Origin: Octopus vulgaris
Lineage: Eukaryota
NCBI GenBank assembly: GCA_951406725.2
Contig: OX597816.1
Coordinates: 12,958,001 to 13,022,000, forward strand
Direction of reading: 5' to 3'
DNA: 64,000 bases
Shown: piece after piece, positions 54,488-64,000 of the stretch
How the letters are laid out: each line of letters starts with the position of its first letter
Position numbering within the stretch: the stretch's first letter is position 1
Made by a program: the position numbers and the translations under genes
Notes under the pieces: generated by a model
Told to the model about the DNA's origin: nothing
What the model saw: only the letters and a program-made list of their open reading frames with translations
The model's database searches: none

Positions 54488-55546
54488 CATTCATATAAAT
54501 AAATACCTAGAATCCTTATTCTTTATTCAGTTTGTCTATATATTGCTACAAAGTTCGTACCACGAAAACTAGTTTATTTTGCACTTTAGAAGATTCTTTC
54601 TTTATATTTTGTAAAAAGAAATAATTATAAATAAAGAGCGGAAGACAGGATGTGAAAAGCAGTGACAGAAACTGATGTATAAATGGATAAATAAGTAAAT
54701 ATATCGATGAGTAGGGAGACAGGGAGACAGGGAGACAGGCAGACCGTCAGTGGACGTATAGTGAAATTAATAGAAAGACAAATATGTACATATGTACTTG
54801 TATACGTACATACTTACAGAGAAATTGTTGCCTTCAAATTGCAATATAGTGGTTTTCTTCGATATATTTATTTTAACGTTACGCCATCATTTTAAGCACT
54901 TTATCACTATTTTGGTAAATACGTTTATAAATATTTATTCTGATCTTTGTCAAAACATACATAAATTTTCAGACGTCACTATTTTCAGGACATCTTCAAA
55001 TGACATATTCTTTAATGGTTGCAGACTATAAATAAATGACTTGATTAGTGAAAGCCTTCAATATGTTTTGGATAAAAAATGTATTTATTTATCATCACTA
55101 CTTTACAATTTTCTTACACTTGTCTGCATTTTTTTTCATCTTATGCGAAGAATATATTAGTTTGCAATTTTATTGTACATTTTCTGAGATCAAATTATTC
55201 TTATGATCTGGTACAAGGATTTATATCTTCACCTCAGATAAAGCAACAGTAGAGACACTGATCAAACTAATGACTTTTTCGCTGTTTTAACTCGTGCTCG
55301 AGCTAAAAAGATACATAAAATGTTTTGGTCTTAGTGTTTAGTAATCGTGTAAAATTATTTATAACCTCAATGTAGAAAACGCCTTTCTATCATATCATGA
55401 CATAGGACGCTGCAGCTTCGTTTCTAAACAACCAGAAGTTAAACTAAAATCACTCATCCAATTCAACAGCAAGGACCTACATCGAGCGAACTGGAGTGAA
55501 TTATACATAACCTATTAGTTGTGGAGTGTCTTTTTTTTGTTCTCAA

Positions 55547-55733
55547 TAGGCGCAGGAGTGGCTATGTGCTAAGTAGCATGCTAACCAACCTCATGGTTCC
55601 GAGTTCAGTCCTACTGCGTGGCACCTTGGGCAGCAGTCTTCTACTATAGCCTCGGGCCGACCAAGGCCTTGTGAGTGGATTTTGTAGACGGAAACTGAAA
55701 GAAGCCCGTCGAATATATGTAAATATATGTGTG

Positions 55734-55776
<43 letters not shown>

Positions 55777-55970
55777 ATGTATGTTTGTGTTTGTTCCCCC
55801 AAAGTTGTGTGTTTAGGACCCCGTAAATTAGCGGTTCGGCAAAAGAGACTGATAGAATAAGTACTAGGCTTACAAAGAATAAGTCCTGGGGTCGATTTGC
55901 TCGACTAAAGGCGGTGCTCCAGCATGGCGACGGTCAAATGACTGAAACAAGTAAAAGAGTAAAAGAGAGA
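55547..55970 (+). mobile_element. SINE family A, full length
   Basis: Consensus match with gtaaaaga tail repeats. Confidence 0.9.
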
Positions 55971-55989
55971 GAGTAATCCGACCGATATC

Positions 55990-57300
55990 AAAATGTTTTG
56001 TAGTGCATTCCTCAGCCTATCGCGGCCAGAAACAAAAATTAATGCAAACGTAAAGGAAAATGAAGAGAATTTTAGAAAACCAATGTGTTAAAACACGGCC
56101 AGAAGCAGCAACTCGTCTCAAGGTCAATAACAAATCTAGAGTTGAAAAAACTAACATCTCCAGCAACGTATGAGGTCTGGCATTGATATCCAAAAGAGCT
56201 GCCATCGAAGACCGGGAAATTGCTTAAATTAAACACAATCCCAGTATGTTGTATGCATTTTCAAAGTAGAGGTGGGCCACTAATCGATGAAAACAAAATT
56301 CCAAAGATGGAGTGGTGGGGCTACAGAAGCAACACTTATTTAATCGACCCCGAAAGGATGATAAGCAAAGTCGACCTCGGCGGAATTTAAACTCAGCCTG
56401 GCGTGCTAACGTTTCTTATTTCTTTATTGCCCACAAGGGGCTAAACACAGAGGGGACAAACAAGGACAGACAAACATATTAAGTCGATTATATCGACCCC
56501 AGTGCGTAAATGGTACTTAATTTATCGACCCCGAAAGGATGAAAGGGAAAGTCGACCTCGGCGGAATTTGAACTCAGAACGTAGCGGCAGACGAAATACC
56601 GCTATGCATTTTGCCCGGCGTGCTAAAGATTCTGCTAGCTCGCCGCCTTGTCATTGTAACTAATAATAAAATCAAACCCAATTCGGGTGCAATCCATGAC
56701 AGATTCTTGGCATAAGGACTGCTGACATCAACTTTCATATCCTCTTTCTAATCTCTGGAGGAATTGTCCGGACTCACGTTTTATTCTTGAATATTTTCGG
56801 TTCCTGAGTGTCATACCAGTCTTTAAAAAGTTTAATAAGTCGCTCATACTGAATTTCCGTTGACATCAGATCTCATTAATTTGTCATATCCTTGAAATAT
56901 TCCAAAGAGGAGCAAGGTGAAAAAAATTATTCCATTTCTAGAGAGATCATATCAAACCTCTAGACACTCCTGGCTTGGTTTACGCGAGTAAGAGACTGCT
57001 TAAAACATTCTAAATTCTCTGGAAGAGACTCCAACACAAATAAATCAGTTATCCTGCCTCCATTAAAGCTTTCGACAGGATCGGCCATGTTATTATGCTG
57101 AGAGATTATTTCGGTAGAGGAGTTGGTGACGAAAAACATCTAATCCATTGTAGTGTATTAAATTCTTCCTGAGTAACAGGACTCAGCATGTTTCAACAGA
57201 TGGAGTCCTCCACGGTATTCTTTAGACCTGCTTCCTCGTATTATTTAGGTTAAATCCCATACATTTCAAATGTTATCAAATATAGCAAAGCTAACATAAA
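55990..57300 (+). mobile_element. Decayed CR1-clade LINE RT region, interrupted by a minus-strand family B SINE (56335-56650)
   Basis: Broken frames IKHNPSMLYAFSK, VGPLID, VIPVFKK..NFR/LTS, KAFDRIGHVIML, IKFFLSNRTQHVSTDG in the expected order. Confidence 0.65.
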
Positions 57301-57479
57301 TGCAGAATATCAGCCAGAATATCAGGTTGAAACGGTCTTCAGTCTTAATACACATAGAAAAGTTATTATTCCGGAGTAAAATTAAAATGAGACATGAAAA
57401 ATCTTTAAAAACTGATTACATTCAAACATTGACGAAGACAAACGCACACTCACAGAAACTCGCACATATATGTATATGC

Positions 57480-57687
57480 TCTTTTTTTACTCTTTTACTT
57501 GTTACAGTCATTTCACTGCGGCCATGCTGGAGCACCACCTTTATTCGAACAAATAGACCCCAGCCCTTATTGTTTTTGAGTCTAGTACTTAATCTATCGG
57601 TCCTTTTTGCCGAACAGCTAAGTTACGGGGAGGTAAACACACCAGCATCGGTTGTTAAGCGATGTTGGGGGACAAACACAGACACAC

Positions 57688-57768
<81 letters not shown>

Positions 57769-57925
57769 TACGACGGGCTTCTTTCAGTTTCCGTCTACCA
57801 ATTCCACTCACAAGGCTTTGGTCGGCCCAAGGCTATAGTTGAAGATACTTGCCCATGTTGCCATGCAGTGAGACTGAACCTGGAACCATGTGGTTGGAAA
57901 GCAATCTACTTACCACACAACCACT
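57480..57925 (-). mobile_element. SINE family A
   Basis: Consensus match. Confidence 0.88.
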
Positions 57926-57972
<47 letters not shown>

Positions 57973-58061
57973 AGAAGCAGCTGTACGTCTACGAAGCACA
58001 AATCGATAAAAGCATAAAGCCCATCATTTATGCCTTTTCGTATATATTTACACACACAGAC

Positions 58062-58095
<34 letters not shown>

Positions 58096-58214
58096 GACAG
58101 GCTTCGTTATAGTTTCCCTGAAGCACATTTCCATCCAAACTCATAAATCACCGAAGAATGGCAGAAGACCCTTTCGAATGATTGAGTGGTATTAAAGTGA
58201 ACAATTTACTTATA

Positions 58215-58580
58215 TTCGGGTTCAGTCCCACTGCGTGGCATCTTGGGCAAGTGTCTTCTGCTATGGCCCCGGGCCGACCAATGCCTTGTGAGTGGATTTG
58301 GTAGACGGAAACTGAAAGAAGCCTGTCGTATATATGTATATATATATATATATTTTGTGTGTGTTTGTGTGTCTGTGTTTGTCCCCCTAGCATTGCTTGA
58401 CAACCGATGCTGGTGTGTTTACGTCCCCGTCACTTAGCGGTTCGGCAAAAGACACCGATAGAATAAGTACTCGGCTTACAAAGAATAAGTCCCGGGGTCG
58501 ATTTGCTCGACTAAAGGCGGTGCTCCAGCATGGCCGCAGTCAAATGACTGAAACAAGTAAAAGAGTAAAAGAGTAAAGAG
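58215..58580 (+). mobile_element. SINE family A (5'-truncated) with (GTAAAAGA)n tail
   Basis: Consensus match. Confidence 0.88.
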
Positions 58581-59459
58581 TTATCAAACACACAGGTTTT
58601 ACTGAACACAAAGCTCCCGTCGTTGGTAAAAATTTGCTTTATTCTCGTTTAATATTTTGAACTCGAGTAATACGGTGATGGCAATGAGATTGTATTGAAA
58701 CTGAGAGTCGTTGATTCATGTTTTGTTCAATCGTAAAGGAAAAGCAGCTTCGTGAAGAATATATACGCATGCAGATTTCATACTTTGATTAACTATGTTT
58801 TGCGTAACTTCGGGCATACACAGTTTCAAACTTGAACAGAAGAAAAATAAAATTAGTAATAACACATTTTGTTTCTCTAACAAAAAGAAGTTGAACGTGA
58901 ACGAGTAAGCTTGCTTTTTTTCTATTTACGTATTTATTTGTTTTGTATTTCATTCAGAATTTCTTCATGATGCTTGATAACGCTTGTTTGTTATTTTGTT
59001 TAGAAAATATTGCATATTTGGCCAGAAGTCAGATAGAAAGTTGAAGGTGAAGTAGAAATACGAGTAAAATAAACAAACATTAAGAAAAAGTTGCGTGTTA
59101 AGCATGTTGCTAACAATGTGAAATTACAGCATTCCCTGAATCAAAAGATGAAGAAATATTTAATCCCTCATTTGTATCAACAACAAACATGCTCCTGAGG
59201 AAGCGGGCGTGGGGATGGTAATATTCTAGTACAAAGGTGTGTAAATATACAAACAATACAAGTCATATCAAAAATCAAAATACAAATAAAACTACATGAA
59301 TAATAAATGAATGAATAAATAAAAAGCATATTATGCGTATATGGAGATAGGAGTGTGCATGTATATGTGTGTGTACGATTGCGTGTATGTATACACACAC
59401 ACCCATATATATATGTGTATATGTATATATATATACACATGTATATATATATACATGTA

Positions 59460-59502
<43 letters not shown>

Positions 59503-59696
59503 ATATACACATGTGTATATATATATACATGTACATATTATATTAAATTAGAGACAAAACCACTATTAGGCAAATCAAACAATGAAAGACTTAAGCCAAT
59601 ACATATGATTAATTTATATTATTTAAAAATGAAACAAAATTATTAAAAAATATAATTAATATTATATGCATACCTATGTGTATATATGTATATATA

Positions 59697-59743
<47 letters not shown>

Positions 59744-60487
59744 GTATATATTCTTTTATTCATGTATTCGTTTTCTCCTTTAAGCCATGCGGATGCGGTC
59801 ATGCTGGAGCACCACTGTAGTCTTTCTGATTTCCAGAGTCTGAATTATATATATATATATATATATGCATATATGTGCATATACACCTGTCTATGTGTGT
59901 ACACACACGAATGCATATAAATACATATAAAAACAGCGAACGCACGTCACGCCACGGGAATTTAGTTATTCGATTTCCCATCAGCAATCAATGCACGTAA
60001 TACAGTTCAATAGCTGGCATGTACCTCGTATAGCGATAGAAAACCGAATAACGTCATATCCGTTCCTCGCCGGGAATCTCCGTATACAGTATTTGTTTGT
60101 ATAATATGCTTCATATGTTGCTCTTTTGCAGGGTAATGAAGTCGACTGTTTTTTTTTCTTGTTACACAAGCACGTAATCACGGCACATAATTACACACAC
60201 ACGTGAAGACGCACATACACAGACATGTAGGTAATTTTGATATTAGTCTATGAGTTCATTGTAGGTCGTCTTTAACCTTATAGTGTTTAGTTCCATTATA
60301 AAAATTCCTACATCCTCATACGTAGATCTACTGGAAGAAGTGACACTGGCGAATATTGGTTCTTCGGTATGTATGCAGACTCAGTAAAATTCCTATTGAT
60401 ATTAAGAACGGAGTGTGAATTTTGATTCTAGAATTATATTGGTCATATGAATATGCCCAATTCAAGATCACAGCATACATATACACT

Positions 60488-60787
60488 GCAACATAATTTC
60501 TTTTCCTCAACAGGCCTGCCCTATGTATCATTGTCCCGAAAGTGATCAAAGAGGAAAAGGATCCCATCAACTTTAAACGGAGTCTGGATAGATTCCTTCA
60601 AGGAATACCAGATAAGCCACCCATAATTGGATACAACTCACCCAACAAAAACTCACTACTTGAATGGACCATAAACAAAACTTGACTTAAACAGGATTTA
60701 GATAATCCTATCAGGTGGTGCTGTTAAGTTAGACATGTCCTGGACCAATCTTTGGTCGAAACATATCTAAGTTTTATCTAAGTTTTA
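60488..60787 (+). mobile_element. CR1-clade LINE 3' end with UTR stem-loop and tandem tail
   Basis: HNFFSSTG/PAL..IVPKVIKEEKDPINFKRSLDRFLQGIPDKPPIIGYNSPNKNSLLEW; UTR ggtggtgc...gaccaatctttggtcgaaac; tail (tatctaagttt)x2. Confidence 0.75.
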
Positions 60788-60804
60788 TATTGGTTATATA
60801 ATTA

Positions 60805-61122
60805 TATGGCTTATTGGTTAGGGCATTCGGTTCATGATCGTAAGGATGTGAGTTCGATTCCCGGCGACACGTTGTGTCCTTCAGCAAGACACTTTATTTC
60901 ACGTTGCTCCAGTCCATTCAGCTGGAAAAAATGAGTAGTACCTGTATTTCAAAAAAGAGCCAGCCTTGTCACACTCTGTGCCACGCTGAATCTCCTTGCG
61001 AACTACGTTAAGGGTACGCGTGTCTGTGGAATGCTCAGCCACTTTCACGTTAATTTCACGAGCAAGCTGATCCGTTGGTCGTATCAGCTGGAGCCCTCGT
61101 CGTCGTAACCGACGGAGTGCTC
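60805..61122 (+). mobile_element. SINE with alternative tRNA head and family C 3' part
   Basis: Matches 48780-49100. Confidence 0.85.
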
Positions 61123-61145
61123 CTTTTTTTGTATATATATATATA

Positions 61146-61584
61146 TTGGGTTGTCCGGAAAGTTCGCGCCGATTTTTAAAGGAAAGAAAAAATAAATACT
61201 TGCCGTTACATTTTTAATCAACCAAATCTGTCGCACAGTGCGTTTCCATCTTTCCTTTAACTTCAAAAGAGACCTGAATAAGTGGGAATCCGTAGGAGCA
61301 ATATCTGGTGAATATGGAGGGTGGGGTAACACGTCACAGCCGAGCTGCAGCAATTTTTGTCTGGTTCCCAAAGCATCAAGTGCCGAAAATGAACTTTCTT
61401 ATCTTCCATTTTACAGGGTTACAGAATTAACAGAGTTAAATAAATATTCTACCAAGAAAAGATAGCTTAAACTGTGCTCTAAAGGGAGGTGTAGTCAAAT
61501 CCTATTTTATGGACTCAAACATGTTCTAAAATAAGTCGAAAGGTAAGCTACTATAAATCGGCACGAACTTTCTAGACAACCCAA
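61146..61584 (-). mobile_element. Internally deleted mariner
   Basis: TA-flanked ~30-bp TIRs ttgggttgtccggaaagttcgcgccgattt / aaatcggcacgaactttctagacaacccaa; encodes VLPHPPYSPDIAPTDSHLFRSL. Confidence 0.9.
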
Positions 61585-61601
61585 TAGATAGATAGACAGA
61601 C

Positions 61602-61643
<42 letters not shown>

Positions 61644-61704
61644 GTAGGTAGGTAGGTAGGTAGGTAGGTAGGTAGGTAGGTAGGTAGGTAGATAGATAGG
61701 TACG

Positions 61705-61779
<75 letters not shown>

Positions 61780-62116
61780 GTAGACAGATAGATAGATAAA
61801 TAACACACTCACATATACATATATATTCATACATATATATATATATATATTACATCATATATTATTACACCATTTCGATTTGTTATGCCTCTTTCTCCGA
61901 GCATTACTCACTCAAAAAATCTTTTTAAAATAAACAAACCACACTTCAGGCGTACATTACGAATAGAATGTAAGGTGTAACGTTGAGGATAGAGTCAGGA
62001 ACGTCTCTGTTCGAAAAAAAAAAATGCGGGGAACGCGGGCAAAATTTTGATATGAATAATTTAATATAAAACATAAAATAGATTACAATCGTGATTCCAG
62101 TGCAACTCTTAAAGAT

Positions 62117-62825
62117 ATGCGTACATACATGCATACATACATGCATATATACATACATACATACATGCATGCATACATGCATGCATATATACATACATAC
62201 ATACATGCATGCATACATACATGCATATATACATACATACATACATGCATGCATACATACATGCATGCATGCATACATACATACATGCATGCATACATAC
62301 ATACATGCATGCATGCATACATACATACATACATACATGCATGCATACATACATACATACATGCATGCATACATATATACATGCATGCATACATACATAC
62401 ATATATACATGCATGTATGCATACATACATACATCCATGCATACATACATATATACATGCATGTATGCATACATACATACATACATGCATCCATGCATGC
62501 ATACATACATACATACATACATACATGCAAACATACATACATACGTACATGCATACATGCATGCATACATACATACATACATGCATACATACATACATAC
62601 ATGCATACATACATATACATACATACATGCATACATACATATACATACATACATGCATGCATACATACATACATACATACATACATGCATACATACATAC
62701 ATACATACATGCATACATACATACATACATGCATGCATGCATACATACATGCATACATACATACATATATACATGCATGCATACATACATACATACACAA
62801 ATACATACATACATACGTATATACA
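62117..62825. repeat. ~700-bp compound (CATA)n/(CATG)n tetranucleotide array
   Basis: Seen directly; explains the 250-310 aa HTYI/MYVC pseudo-ORFs. Confidence 0.95.
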
Positions 62826-62898
62826 TGTGTGTGCCCATGTATATGCTTCTGTGTATGTTAGTGCATGCGTGAGTGTGATGCGTACATCCATATATATA

Positions 62899-62944
<46 letters not shown>

Positions 62945-63857
62945 TGTATGTATGTATATATGTATATTTATAAATATTTATATATAGATACATGTATTCA
63001 TACATACAATTACACCCGCACATACATATACATATACACACACCTGAAGTAATGGAACGCAGGAAAATTAAACAAAAAAAAAGTGATTCTAAATAAAATC
63101 AACTCATTTTATTACAATTTATTTCTAAAACAGAATTATACGTACGAGTTTAGATCATTTAATATTAAATAATTCCGACTTAATTATCTCGGAGTGGTTT
63201 ATTAATATTATACTTTCAGAAAATTTCTTTCAGTAATGCCGGCTTTTATTTTTGATATTTTTCCTGGACCGCTTTAAATAAATATTCCGTTGCTATTAAA
63301 GTACTTTAGTTTAGATTTGATTTCAATTACCATAAATTTTTAAAAGGTTCACATTGAGAAACCGTCCAGGCTTGAATATGAATTTATGTTCCGTGAACTT
63401 AGGAGACCAGTTTATTTGATTTGAAGCAATGAGCTGTCACTTGCCACTGAATTTAATTTTTAATATATTTTAGTTTTGTAGTTATTCATTTCTGTGTACT
63501 TTAAATTAATTATAAAAAATAATGTCACCAGATTAATTACGTTAACTTGCACTTAACTATGCTCTTTAAGGAGAATGCCCCCATATGTTACTTCACCTCC
63601 TCATCAGGGCGTTCTTGGGATGTAATATTCCAACATAGTTTAAACCTATGAACCAGCAAGTACGCTTTAGCGACCACGATTTCATGTCACACTAGTATGG
63701 GAAGATGCAAAATCGGGCGATAATATGGGCTCCCAAATTGACAAACAAATCCTTATTTTCGTTAGCCAAAATAGAACCGTGTGGGCATCCAATTTTATGC
63801 CTTCCAGAGTTATAGCCAAGCGAAATCACGCTTGCTAAGTCATACTCGTTACAGTTC

Positions 63858-64000
63858 TATATTTAAGAGATGAGGAATTATGTACATTATTTACATTTGA
63901 CGGATATTTGTCCTCATCTTGTTTGTTGTTAACACAACGTTTCGGCTGGTATACCCTCCAACATTTTCCAGGTGTCATCGAAAAATACCTTAGGAAGGAG
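63858..64000 (-). mobile_element. Non-coding PLE terminal-repeat-like element with hammerhead-like motif (63931-63976)
   Basis: acac-CTGGAAA-atgttgg-agggtata-ccagcc-GAAA-cg-TT-gtgt. Confidence 0.55.

Noticed and set aside
61946-63041. 250-310 aa ORFs in several frames
   Set aside because: These are translations of the (CATA)/(CATG) array; they are stop-free because of repeat composition, with no sign of coding
63577-63610. CTGATGA on the minus strand followed by aacatatg, hinting at another hammerhead
   Set aside because: No stem II pairing and no GAAA; too decayed to call

Overview
AT-rich, microsatellite-saturated eukaryotic DNA with no recognisable intact host gene. The SINE repertoire and simple-repeat load resemble an octopus (coleoid cephalopod) intronic or intergenic region; this is an inference. 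Almost all ORFs in the supplied track are translations of (TA)n, (CA)n, (GATA)n, (CATA)n or (AAT)n repeats, or of SINEs. The real content is mobile DNA: about 40 copies or fragments of several tRNA-headed SINE families; Penelope-like elements (PLEs: one RT+GIY-YIG copy, one GIY-YIG copy between ~176-bp inverted repeats, plus remnants); RTE, CR1 and L1/Tx1-like LINE fragments; a full-length decayed Tc1; mariner, pogo and hAT non-autonomous elements; and two minisatellites. Most notable: (1) about 10 minimal hammerhead-ribozyme-like motifs from several unrelated sequence families, each with at least one core substitution; (2) a full-length 5S rRNA copy fused to a LINE-type 3' stem-loop tail (candidate SINE3) whose architecture is shared with the main SINE family and a CR1 3' end; (3) a LINE 3' end found twice, both times inside (TATC)n in the same relative orientation; (4) two insertions with unusually long flanking direct repeats (~90 bp and 38 bp). 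Two weak minus-strand exon candidates are noted.
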